Positions 25,061-42,408 of a stretch of 64,000 nucleotides of DNA are shown in pieces (the first letter of the stretch is position 1; every line of letters begins with the position of its first letter). The notes beneath the pieces are model-generated. The model did no database searches, had not been told where the DNA came from, and worked only from the letters and a program-made list of their open reading frames with translations. The DNA comes from Eledone cirrhosa (taxonomy: Eukaryota): the NCBI GenBank assembly GCA_964016885.1, contig OZ024746.1:2232001-2296000 (forward strand). The letters are read 5' to 3'. A program made the translations under genes and the position numbers.

Positions 25061-25436
25061 TTATTAAGGTTATTTAGGACAGCGTGTTTATCAAAGAGTA
25101 CCGTTATTTTTATTATGTTTATTTGTAGATATTAAAGTAATTTATTAATGACGGCAGTTAAAAAAAATAAACGATGTACATGCAATTACATAATAACAAA
25201 GTTCACATTTTTTCTTAAACAAATATGCTCACAATATAGATGATAGCTTGAAATACATCCTATTTTATTGACAGTTGTATAAAAATATAATAATATATTG
25301 CTTACAGAACGAAAAAAAACAAATACAATGTATATAAATATACGACTTACAAACACAAATGCCATAGCTATCAAAACATTAACACATAGACATCTAATAC
25401 TTTTCAAGGCAACGTTACCGCGAATGATAGCGTGGA

Positions 25437-25712
25437 TAAGGTGCTGAAACAACCAAGCACCCTCATGGGCACATTACCTGATACCACGGTTAAGATGGGT
25501 GATATCGGGGTTAAGGCACTGGAATAACCAAGCACCCTCACAAGCATCATCTGCTACCATGGTAAGGCTAGATGACAGCATGGCTAAGGCGCTGAAACAG
25601 TCAAGCACTCTCATGGGCACATCACCTGATACCATTGTAAGGCTGGGTGATTGCTAAGGCGCTGGAACAATGAAGCACTCCCACGAATATCACCTGATAC
25701 CAGGTTAAGGCG
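25437..25712. repeat. Degenerate ~73-bp tandem repeat, ~4 units
   Basis: taagg(c/t)gctg(g/a)aacaaccaagcac recurs near 25437, 25512, 25585 and 25655. Confidence 0.8.
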
Positions 25713-26150
25713 AGCCGCCGCCAAAGATGATGACAAAAAGTTCATTGTCAGCGGCCCAGCTCCTCCAAATGTCTGGAACGTTACAGGCTGGAAAAAAAAA
25801 AATAGTTTTTTAGATAATTCGAAGTTACTTAAACTATTTTGTCATTAAACTTAGAAGAAAAATGTTGCTATTCTCCTAAGTTTAAAAAACCTTTTTATCA
25901 ATAACAATAAAAATAAAATTCTAATGAGGTTTTAAACGAATTGTGGTGTCCCGCCCACAACGAGGAGACAACCTCAAAATAATCACAATAAAGAAACTGA
26001 AAACATTACTAAGTTATATATATAGTTATATATATATATATATATCGAAAAGGTAAACAGAAATAACAACACAATTGGTACAGTATATGGAAGGAATATA
26101 TTAGATTAACGCTTGATATAGCAAGAAGAGGGTCTTAACATTTCGGACGC

Positions 26151-26196
<46 letters not shown>

Positions 26197-26257
26197 AATA
26201 TTAACAGAGTCAAATATATATATATATATATAAATATATATACACACACACATACAC

Positions 26258-26313
<56 letters not shown>

Positions 26314-26626
26314 AAATAACGGATTAAATTATATTACATTATTCAACTTATATAAACTATTATAAATATAAATATATATATATATTATATATATCGAAAT
26401 AATAAAAATAATATTTAATTGATATTTTTATTTCGACAAGTGATTGCCCTTTAATACTAGCTAGTTTTTAAATTAGTTTTTCATACGAAATTGCTAGATT
26501 AAGAAAATTTTAACCCCTCCCATTCGGATCTAGTTTTATTACAAATCTCAAGTCATCACGGCTGTCAACAACGGAACGGAGTCATCCCAGTCTTCACCTT
26601 TGGTGATAGCTACTTATATATTCCTT

Positions 26627-26693
26627 ATGGTTGCACACTTCGTTGCCGTTTTGTTTACCGGATTCATCATATACAATGCCAGTCCGGGTTCCA
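26627..26693 (+). CDS. CYB561D2: CYB561D2 first coding exon (first in-frame ATG; frame stays open upstream to 26534)
   Basis: MVAHFVAVLFTGFIIYNASPGS followed by GTAAGT; aligns with human [21 protein letters not shown]. Confidence 0.85.
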
Positions 26694-27831
26694 GTAAGTG
26701 GTTTTTTTCTTTTCACTTTTACAATTATCTTTTGATGTTTTAGTGTTAATTAAAGGTTAAAAACAAAATCATAAGCGAAATACAACTCATACACAAAGAA
26801 ATAATCTTTCTTCGCCAAACTAGTTCGACAAAGTTAAGAATTAATATTATTGCAATATGAAAGTTGAAATCATTTTAGAATTATGTACAACATTAATTCA
26901 TATTTTTCCGTCTATCTCAGCTATTTCTTCTTGTTTCGTCTCAGGACGGTGACATTATTTCTCATGTAATTCCATTAAATGCATCCTTCTAATAAATAAT
27001 AATTACAAACTCAAATATCAATTAGGTCCTATTTAATGAATAAATTGAACCAATTTAATACTTTTAAACGAGAATCAAATAACAATTTCAACGTATTTTA
27101 ATAGATGTACTTTTTTTGTATAAAAAGATATATTTTTTATATATTTTATCGTTGAACTTTACATATTTCGATATGACTTGAAGAAAATTAATTTAAGTGG
27201 AAGTTTTTTTCTCTGAAGATCGAAATTTTATAATATTAAATGAATTTGGGGCCAGAAACAAGTTCTACGATCGGAGATATTTATTTAGACTTTGTTGTTG
27301 AATTAATGTCTATTAATTATTACACGTAGCATTCATTAATAGCCGAGAAACTCACATGTTTGCTTAATTACAGTGTCTCGTGTGACAAATATACAACTGT
27401 CAACTTCAACTGGGAACCTACAGTTGTAGTTTAGTCCAGTTAAATTAGAGTTAAATTGGTCGAGAAAATAAATTACAAAGACAAATAAAATAAAAACATT
27501 ATATTTCTTTCGGCCAGACTTAAAAAATTAGCACTGTCTTATTTAAACAAAAACAAACTAGTTCTTACTATTTTCATTAGATATTGTATCGGATCATTGA
27601 TTTCTTGGGATACACTCAAAGCTTTCATATTAATATAAGAAGTTTATGGTATGTTGTGATGTTTATGCTTTTCGAAGTGTATTTCTGATGTAAGGTGAAA
27701 TGCTACCAACTTGGAGGAACCGAAATCGGATACAGTTGACTCGATTCTCCGAAAGATCTTATCTATTCTACGATATTTACCACTTCATTCGAAAGAATTT
27801 TATTTGCAGTTAAATTTATGTTTAACATACG

Positions 27832-27867
<36 letters not shown>

Positions 27868-28061
27868 GTAAGAGTGTAGATCCCGATGATTTCATACGAA
27901 TGAAACAGTTCTAGTCATGTAGAAATCATTTCTATATTAAATGAATATTAAAACTCTACTTCGGTATTGAGTAGAGTGCTTTCTATCACACGGATATATA
28001 TATATATTTTTAATTCCCTTTTTGGCATATTAATCAGTGAGAAATTGGGCTATCGAGTTGA

Positions 28062-28141
28062 GCTCTGCTGAGGATCGAATTCCAACCGTGACCATCTCCA
28101 CTGAAAGTTTTCGTGAAATAGTCTTCTAGATTATACAGAGC
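28062..28141 (+). ncRNA. Type I hammerhead ribozyme motif
   Basis: Stem I gctctg/cagagc; core CTGAGGA 28068-74; stem II cgaa/ttcg; GAAA 28115-18; 7-bp stem III ATAGTCT/AGATTAT; AUA cleavage triplet ending at 28135. Confidence 0.7.
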
Positions 28142-28159
28142 ATTTGTAGTTGTCCCAAA

Positions 28160-28287
28160 TTATATATATATATATGTATTTATATATATATATATATGTA
28201 TTTATATATATATATATGTATTTATATATATATATATATATATATGTATTTATATATATATATATATGTATTTATATATATGTATTT
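28160..28287. repeat. (TA)nTGTATT compound microsatellite
   Basis: Direct inspection. Confidence 0.9.
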
Positions 28288-30255
28288 GAGATGCTGAAGG
28301 CATCTGGCACAGTGGGACACACCATGGTCACCCGCATAGTTAACCAAGTCGTACAGAATGGGGTTGTTCCGAAGGACTGGCATAGCAGCATCATCGTTAA
28401 CTGTTATAAGGGTAAAGGAGACGCCCTAGATAGGAGTAACTATAGAGGCATTAAATTAATCGACCAGGTCATGAAGGTCACGGAAAAAGTAATAGCGCAA
28501 CTAATCAGAGAGAGAATTGACCTAGATGAAATGCAGTTCGGGTTTGTGTCAGGCAAAAGTACCACAGACGCTCTTTTCATAGTACGACAACTACAGGAGA
28601 AGTACCTAGCTAAAGGTAAACCCCTCTACTTAGCTTTTGTCGACTTGGAGAAAGCCTTCGACAGAGTCCCCCGCTCCATTATCTGGTGGGCTCTTAGAAA
28701 ACTAGGCGTTGACGAATGGCTTGTGAGGGCTATACAAGCCATGTATAAAGAAACAGTCAGCAAGGTTAGAATTAACAACGAATATAGTGAAGAGTTTAGC
28801 GTAAAAGTTGGCGTCCATCAGGGCTCTGTTCTCACCCCCCTACTATTTATTATTGCCCTTCAGGCTATAACAGAGGAGTTCAAGACAGGCTGCCCATGGG
28901 AACTCCTATACGCAGACGACCTGACACTCATAGCGGAATCAATGGCCGAGCTAGAGAAGAAATTCCAAACATGGAAGCACGGCCTAGAGTCAAAAGGACT
29001 TAAAATTAACCTGGCTAAGACCAAAGTTCTAGTTTGTAGGAAAGAAAACAAGGCGGCGATCCCTTCTGGGAAATGGTCGTGCTCGGTGTGTAGGAAAGGC
29101 GTAGGTAGAAACTCCATTTTATGTCCTAGATGCAAAGTATGGGTGCATAAAAGATGTAGTGGGATCACAGGTAAGCTAACTAAGAACATAGATTTTACAT
29201 GTGGCCGGTGTTCTGGTGCAATAAGTAGCAGCAAGTGCCCACAAAATACTAGCTCTTTCAATTGCGCAGAGGGTTCTATAGAAATAGTGGACAGCTTCCG
29301 TTACCTGGGCGATAAAATCAGCAGTGGGGGAGGGTGCTCTGAAAGTACTGTAGCTAGAGTCAGAACTGGTTGGAAAAAGTTCAGAGAGCTTATACCACTA
29401 TTAGCTGCTAAAGGGTTCTCCCTAAAAATGAAAGGAAGGTTGTATGATGCCTGCATACGAACAGCAATGCTGCATGGCAGTGAGACCTGGGCATTGTGTG
29501 CAGAGGATATACGCAGACTAGAGAGGAACGAAGCTTGCATGCTCCGCTGGATGTGTAACAGTAATATACGTGAACGGCAAAGCATAAACGAACTAAGGAA
29601 AAAATTAGAGATAAGAGGGATCAGATGTTGTTTACTCGAGAGAAGGCTACGTTGGTATGGACACGTGATGCGCATGAAAGTCGATAGCTGTATAACAAAG
29701 TGCAGGGCAATAAAGATAGACGGTAGTCACGGAATAGGCAGACCTAGAAAAACCTGGGACGAGCTGATAAACTCCGACATCACACACTTACACCTCTCCA
29801 AGACAATGTCACTGGACCGAGACCTTTGGCGGTACTCAGTAACAGAGAAGACCCGCCTTACCTAAATATACAGTAAAACCTACTCCAGCCAGTAGGCATC
29901 TCTAACAAAATACACCCCGTCCCACCACCCCCACCCCCACCCCATCCACACCACCCCGTTCTATGTAAAGTTATGTTGGTGCCGCGCCATCCAGGCCGAA
30001 ACAAATGAGATCGTGTAGGTGTCACGACAAAAAAACACACAGTCCACGCTGTAATGTGGCCGTGTAGGCAACACGGTAAAAACCTCCCAGACCCACACTG
30101 TAAATGTGGTTGGTGTTAGGAAGGGCATCCAACTGTAGAAAACCTGCCAGACAGTCCTATGCGAGCAAGACAATCACTCTTGCCTCAAGTGGGACTACCC
30201 CCGTCCAAACCCATGCAAGCGTGGCACACGGACGTTAAACGTTGATGATGATGAT
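28288..30255 (+). mobile_element. 5'-truncated RTE LINE with uninterrupted RT frame (to 29865), in CYB561D2 intron 1
   Basis: EMLKASG...LYADD...RRLRWYGHVMR...KTRLT*; 3'UTR and (GAT)n tail; flanked on both sides by the (TA)nTGTATT satellite. Confidence 0.96.
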
Positions 30256-30322
30256 ATATATGTATTTATATATATATATGTATTTATATTTATATATTTA
30301 TATTTATATATATATATATATG

Positions 30323-30357
<35 letters not shown>

Positions 30358-31608
30358 TTATATATATATATATATATATATGTATTTATATATATATATA
30401 TATATATATGTATTTATATATATATATATGTATTTATATATATATATATATGTATTTATATATATATATATGTATTTATATATATATATATATGTATTTA
30501 TATATATATATATATGTATTTATATATATATATATATGTATTTATATATATATATATGTATTTATATATATATATATATGTATTTATATATATATATATA
30601 TGTATTTATATATATATATATATATGTATTTATATATATATATATATGTATTTATATATATATATATATATGTATTTATATATATATATATATGTATTTA
30701 TATATATATATATGTATTTATATATATATATATGTATTTATATATATATATATATGTATTTATATATATATATATATGTATTTATATATATATATATATA
30801 TGTATTTATATATATATATATGTATTTATATATATATATATGTATTTATATATATATGTATTTATATATATATGTATTTATATATATATATATGTATTTA
30901 TATATATATATATGTATTTATATATATATATATGTATTTATATATATATATATGTATTTATATATATATATATGTATTTATATATATATATATGTATTTA
31001 TATATATATATATGTATTTATATATATATATATATGTATTTATATATATATATGTATTTATATATATATATATGTATTTATATATATATATGTATTTATA
31101 TTTATGTATTTATATTTATATATATATATATATATATATGTATTTATATTTATATATATATATATATGTATTTATATTTATATATATATATGTATTTATA
31201 TTTATATGTATTTATATATATATATGTATTTATATATATATATGTATTTATATTTATATATATATATGTATTTATATTTATATATATATATGTATTTATA
31301 TTTATATATATATATGTATTTATATTTATATATATATATGTATTTATATTTATATATATATATGTATTTATATATATATATATATATATGTATTTATATA
31401 TATATATATATATGTATTTATATATATATATGTATTTATATATATATATATATATATGTATTTATATATATATATATATATGTATTTATATATATATATG
31501 TATTTATATATATATATATATATGTATTTATATTTATATATATATATGTATTTATATATATATATATGTATTTATATATATATATATGTATTTATATATA
31601 TATATATG

Positions 31609-31675
<67 letters not shown>

Positions 31676-31705
31676 TTATATATATATATATGTATTTATA
31701 TTTAA
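30256..31705. repeat. (TA)nTGTATT satellite
   Basis: Direct inspection; source of the YI/MYL low-complexity ORFs. Confidence 0.95.
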
Positions 31706-32202
31706 TACAATAACAGAGATAGTTTAAAGCTAAACTCTGACTGGTAACCATCTCACTCAACAAACATTAGGTTATATTAAAATATAAACCCAATTTAAGT
31801 GTTTGGGGTGCTAACAATATGTATAATGTGGAAAAACCAGTTGTATTATTTTATGAGATATAATTAAAGTTAAAGTATATCTCTCTTTCCAAACAATTGT
31901 TTCATTATAAGTTTTCTACAAGTTTGGGAGAATGTTTCCAGTTTATGTAGAAGCCTAATATATATTCATGTAAGAATATATTTAGGTGGGCACTTATAAA
32001 TCATCAGTGGAAGCCCATTAAACATTGATATAAGAAAACAATTTCTTACCGCTGTCAAAAATCATGTCCGTAAAGTTGGTCTCTCCCACCTCGAATGACC
32101 GCTAAATTTGAAATTCCAGCAGTTTTTGACTGAGGAAGTATCATAGCGACACGAAGCGGGAAGGGGAGACAACCCACGAAATGAGGAAAAAAAATAATAA
32201 TA

Positions 32203-32608
32203 TACACGCGGGTTAATTAGTTTTTTTGAAAACATTATCAATCCAACGTGTTTAAGAACTCAATTGAAAATAAAAAAATAAATATATGCTTGTATAAATT
32301 ACACACGCATATAGATATTTTCTTAGGCTAAATCAGAAGTTGTACCCGAATAAGAACCGCTTCTCATAACCTCAGTAAATGCAGAAAGTTATGCTATAAA
32401 GGGAAAATGGGAATATAATTCTCCGGCCGAATTATTAAGAGTAAAATATAAAACACACGCGGGTTAATTAGTTATTTCAAAACCAATATTAATTCCTCGT
32501 GTAAAGAACTCAATTAATAAAAGAAAATAAATACATATATGCATGTAATTATATAAGTAGGCATATATATATTTTCCTAGGCTAAAAAACAGAGAAGTTA
32601 CAACCAAA
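32203..32608. repeat. Degenerate ~150-bp direct repeat (2 copies, ~250 bp apart)
   Basis: acacgcgggttaattagtt...aagaactcaatt...ggctaaa...gaagtt at ~32203 and ~32454. Confidence 0.75.
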
Positions 32609-36851
<4,243 letters not shown>

Positions 36852-36985
36852 TAGATAAATCTACCAAGAGTTTACGGTAGTGTCCAATCCGTATGAAGAA
36901 CTCAATGTATTCCGGATATCATGGAAAGAAGAGATGTAATGAAAAATCACTTTCGGTGAAAGATAAACGGTATACAGAGTCAAGA

Positions 36986-37192
36986 TAAAATATTAAACAA
37001 ATAATGAATAAACAATGAAACAGTTCCTTATATTAAACAAAAAAAGTTCATTATTTAACGATCGTTTCTAGGATATATATGTGTTAGAATTGGCATGCAT
37101 ATTCAACAGATCTATGTACATATAAGGAACTGTTTTTTTGTTTAATATAAGGAACTGTTTCATTGTTTATTCATTATTTGTTTAATATTTTA
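36986..37192. repeat. 60-bp perfect inverted repeat enclosing a degenerate hammerhead-like motif
   Basis: 36986-37045 is the reverse complement of 37133-37192. The minus strand between them reads CTGTTGA...GAAACGATCGTT. Confidence 0.75.
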
Positions 37193-37977
37193 TATATATA
37201 TATATATATGTATTTATATATATATATATATATATATGTATTTATATATATATATATATATATATGTATTTATATATATATATATATGTATTTATATATA
37301 TATATATATATATATATGTATTTATATATATATATATATATGTATTTATATATATATATATGTATTTATATATATATATATGTATTTATATATATATATA
37401 TTTATTTATATATATATATATGTATTTATATATATATATATGTATTTATATATATATATATGTATTTATATATATATATATGTATTTATATATATATATA
37501 TGTATTTATATATATATATATATGTATTTATATATATATATATGTACTTATATATATATATGTATTTATATATATATATATGTATTTATATATATATATA
37601 TGTACTTATATATATATATGTATTTATATATATATATATGTATTTATATATATATATATGTATTTATATATATATATATGTATTTATATATATATATATG
37701 TATTTATATATATATATATGTATTTATATATATATATATGTATTTATATATATATATATGTATTTATATATATATATATGTATTTATATATATATATATG
37801 TATTTATATATATATATATGTATTTATATATATATATATGTATTTATATATATATATATGTATTTATATATATATGTATTTATATATATATATATGTATT
37901 TATATATATATATATATGTATTTATATATATATATATATATATGTATTTATATATATATATATGTATTTATATATAT
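37193..37977. repeat. (TA)nTGTATT satellite
   Basis: Direct inspection. Confidence 0.95.
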
Positions 37978-39793
37978 ATTAACTGTTACAAGGGTAAAGG
38001 AGATGCTCTTGATAGGGATAACTATAGAGGCATTAAATTAATCGACCAGGTCATGAAGGTCACAGAAAAAGTACTAGCGCAACTAATCAGAGAGAGAATT
38101 GATCTAGATGAAATGCAGTTCGGGTTTGTGTCGGGCAAAAGTACCACAGACACTCTTTTCATTGTAGGACAACTACAGGAGAAGTACCTAGCTAAAAGTA
38201 AACCCCTATACTTAGCTTTTGTTGACTTGGAGAAAGCCTTCGACAGAGTCCCCCGTTCCATTATCTGGTGGGCTCTTAGAAAACTAGGTGTTGACGAATG
38301 GCTTGTGAGAGCTATACAAGCCATGTATAAAGAAACAGTCAGCAAGGTTAGAATTAACAACGAATACAGTGAAGAGTTTAGTGTAAAAGTTGGTGTTCAT
38401 CAGTGCTCTGTTCTTAGCCCCCTACTATTTATTATTGCCCTTCAGGCTATAACAGTGGAGTTCAAGACCGGCTGCCCATGGGAACTCCTATACGCAGATG
38501 ATCTAACGCTCATAGCTGAATCAATGGCCGAGCTAGAGCAGAAATTCCAAACATGGAAGCACGGCCTAGAATCAAAAGGCCTTAAAATTAACCTGGCTAA
38601 GACTAAAGTTCTAGTTTGTAGGAAAGAAATGGCCATGCTCAGTGTGTAGGAAAGGCGTAGGTAGAAACGCCATTTTATGTCCCAAATGCAAAGTATGGGT
38701 GCATAAAAGATGTAGTGGGATCACAGGTAAGCTAACTAAGAACATAGATTTTACATGTGGCCGGTGCTCTGGTGCAATAAGTAGCAGCAAGTGCCCACAA
38801 AATACTAGCTCTTTCAATTGCGCAGAGGGTTCTATAGAAATAGTGGACACCTTCCGTTACCTGGGTGACAAAATCAGCAGTGGGGGAGGGTGCTCTGAAA
38901 GTACAGTAGCTAGAGTCAGAACTGGATGGAAAAAGTTCAGAGAGCTTATACCACTATTGGCCGCTAAAGGGTTCTCTCTAAAAATGAAAGGCAGGCTGTA
39001 TGATGCCTGCATACGAACAGCGATGTTACATGGCAGTGAGACATGGGCATTGTGTGCAAAGGATATACGCAGACTGGAGAGGAACGAAGCTTGCATGCTC
39101 CATTGGATGTGTAATAGTAATGTACAGGAATGGCAAAGCATAAATGAACTAAGTGAGAAATTAGGAATAAGAGGGATCAGATGCTGTTTACTCGAGAGAA
39201 GACTACATTGGTATGGTCACATGATGCGCATGAAAGACGATAGCTGTATAAAAAAGTGCAGGGCGATAAAAATAGACGGTAGCTACGGAGTAGGCAGACC
39301 CAGAAAAACCTGGGACGATCTGATAAATTCCGACCTCACACACACCTCTCCAAGACAATATCACTGGACTGAGATCTTTGGCTCTACGCAGTAATACAGA
39401 AGACCTGCCTTGCCTAAGTACAAAGCGAAACCTACAGTCAATAGGTTCCTCTTAACCAAAATACACCCCCGTCCCACTACCCCTACCCCCACCCCATCTA
39501 CACCACCCCTTTCGATGTAAAGTTATGTTGGTACCACAACATCCAGTCCTAAATAAATGAGGTTGTGTAGGTGTCACGACAAAAAAACACACAGTCCATG
39601 CTGTAACACGGTAAAAACCTCCCAGCCCACACTGTAAACGTGGTTGGTTTTAGGAAGGGCATCCAGACGTAGAAAACCCACCAGACAGTCCTATACGAGC
39701 AAGACAACCAATCTTGCCTCAAGTAGGACAATTCCCGTCCAAACCCATGCTAGCGTGGAAGATGGACGTTAAATGATGATGATGATGATGATG
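37978..39793 (+). mobile_element. 5'-truncated RTE LINE (same subfamily as 15030 and 28288), frameshifted
   Basis: [21 protein letters not shown]...LYADD; deletion near 38627; ORF 38642-39394; (GAT)n tail. Confidence 0.95.
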
Positions 39794-41037
39794 TAACCAT
39801 CCTGCCTTTTTGTATATTAGGAACTATATATATCTTTCTTTATTTAAAATTGTAAGATGGGATTTGGCTGCTATTTCTACTAGGTCAACTGAGTAGAGAC
39901 TACCGTATGACATTTTTCAACTAGAAATTAAAACCTGCTCCACATTCTAGAAATATTACATTTGTATTATCAGTAATGTAATTATAACTCTTTCTCTTTC
40001 AATGACAATTTCCCAGTCAGAAGATTTATTACACTCTATTGTTTTAATAAACCTGCAATTGAATTTGAAAAAAACCACAGATTTTGTATTTCATTAGTCT
40101 GTTTTGTTTTTACAACCAATTACTCACAGGTCCCAAATAAGGGGGGGGGGGTTTAGAATAAGTGGGGTGGTGGTGGTTGGAAAACCGGTAATTTTTCCAG
40201 GTTATCTCTGTTGATTTAAAAAAACCCCCCAGAATTAGTCGCTTAGTTTACATATTGAGACTCCAATCCATCCTATATATTTTATAATGTATATCAGTTC
40301 TGTATCAGCAAGACATGGTCACCTGATGCAGCATTTCTCATTACAGGACAGCTCGTCTAACCCATGCTAGCATGGAAAATGGACGTTAAACAGTGATGAT
40401 GATGATGGGATTTCTAGTAATGTACTTTTTTTGTCATATATAATGTTTTTTAATGTATAAAGAAAATTAATTATTGCAAGAATGCTACCTCTTAAAATAT
40501 AATTAAAAAATTAATAAGCAGGGAGGAACGATTATTTGAGACCAAAAAGTATGTCTATTGAATAGCTTTTTTGGTGGTTTATCTCCCACAACTACTACTG
40601 TAAGGTGTCATGGTGTTGGAGTGAAGTAAGAAATAGTTCTCCTGGATAAGATGCCAGGCTATGAATGATTAGTTGTTATTGTTTAACTTCAGGCCAACCC
40701 TGAGCAAGCAACACTATGAATAAACATGTTTTCAGACAAACGTATCTAGGAATTAATTATTTAATGTATCCTTAAAGGTGCCTGGCTGTTATATAAGGGA
40801 GATTTAGCTACTATTTCTAAAGCAAATATTCAAATGAGATTCAAAGACTGGAGTGGAACATTGGTCAGCTGGTCTTGTGAAGTAGGTGAAAACTTGTATG
40901 AAAGACACTGGATCCATTAAAAGAACACCATCCTCTAACCAACAGAGAATGTATTAGCCAGACATCTCAAGCCATGTGCAGACCTCAGATCCACCTGATC
41001 CTCTTTATTTTCTAACTTTTGGTTTTTCACACTTCTC

Positions 41038-41266
41038 TTAACCCTTTAGCATTTAAACCAGCCCTATCCGGCAAGAATTCTCTCACCTCTTTCTGTTCAA
41101 ACCAGCTGTAACTGGACACTTATACTGTTGTTAAAGTATTGTTCTCAAAATAAATAACATCAAAATCTCATAGATTCGATATTATGTGAGATTATTATGT
41201 CAGGTAAAGCCGTTAATGAGAAAATATAATAGTATATATAGAGTAATGTAAATGGTAAAGGGTTAA
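41038..41266. mobile_element. piggyBac-type MITE (TTAA target, CCCTTTAGCATT TIRs)
   Basis: ttaaccctttagcattta ... taaatggtaaagggttaa; second copy at 59662-59890. Confidence 0.8.
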
Positions 41267-41428
41267 AGTATTTTGCTGTTTATTCCTACTCTCTTTCTCT
41301 CTCCCTCTCCTTCTAATAATACAGTATTTTTCTTATATTCAAGATGTACATATTTAACTAAAAACTAACATTTCACAAGTCTCATGATTAAACATTTTCT
41401 ATTATTTCTTTTCTTTTTATCCCTCTAG

Positions 41429-41466
41429 GTCTGTTCTCCTGGCATCCTACACTAATGGCTATTTCT
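41429..41466 (+). CDS. CYB561D2: CYB561D2 second coding exon (38 nt)
   Basis: Polypyrimidine tract + TAG; (S)LFSWHPTLMAIS followed by GTAAGT; contains the first heme-ligand His (SWHP). Confidence 0.92.
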
Positions 41467-42408
41467 GTAAGTACTGTTCATCTCTGAACTACCTTGGTAT
41501 TCAGGGTCAGTTGTTCCCAGTAAAGGGTTCACTGCCAGAATTGATACTAGGATATCATTAAATCTAAAATAGGATTGGGGAGACTAAAATTCTGAGTTAT
41601 TTTAAGTATTTATGATTGACTGGTTATTTTAGACATTTTTCATTGACTGGTTTCTAAATTTTGGTAATAAAAGGTGTAGGAGGTTGGTTGGAACATTACC
41701 AACACCAATACCAACACCAATACCAATAATTTTACAAGTTACTGGTATTGTTATTGGCAATTTAACACTTTTGATACTAAATTTCCAAAGCCACCCCTGG
41801 TTCAGTTATATAAACCTGTTTGTTTTAAAGTTTATTTAAAAACCTTCCATCTTATTTTCATGTCAGAACCTTTGTTAAGTTATGTTCCAAACATTCCAAA
41901 CACCAGCTTAATCATAAAAAAGTTAGTTATACTATTAAATCTCTCCAAATTCTTGATTATTTTCAAATTTATTTGAAACTTATTAGTGTATTTTAACTGC
42001 AAAAGCAAAAACTAAAATTACTTAGTCATATATTTGGGGAAAGGGATTTGATGATTAAATCAACCCCAGTTCTTCACTGGTACTTTATTTTATAGACTCT
42101 GGAAGGACAAAAGGAAAAGTTGACCTCAAATCAGTTTGAACTCAGGTCATAAAAGACAATAACTAAATACTGCAAGGCATTTTGTCCAACATTAACAATT
42201 CTGCTATGACAGAAAGCCATAAATTGGTAGGGAAAGATATTGTCAAGAGAATTACTCACAGTATATAACTGGTACTTATTTTATTGATCTCTGAATGATA
42301 TTGGGAAGAAGAAGCCTTGGTCAGATTTGAACTTATGTTATCTTATTTATCTATTAAGATGTACATCTTTGTTCTCAGTTTTAACTCTTTTATTACCATA
42401 TTTCTGAT

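Noticed and set aside
28150-29865. Apparent fusion ORFs of a YI-rich leader with RT (also 37264..38649)
   Set aside because: Chance read-through from microsatellite into 5'-truncated RTE copies.
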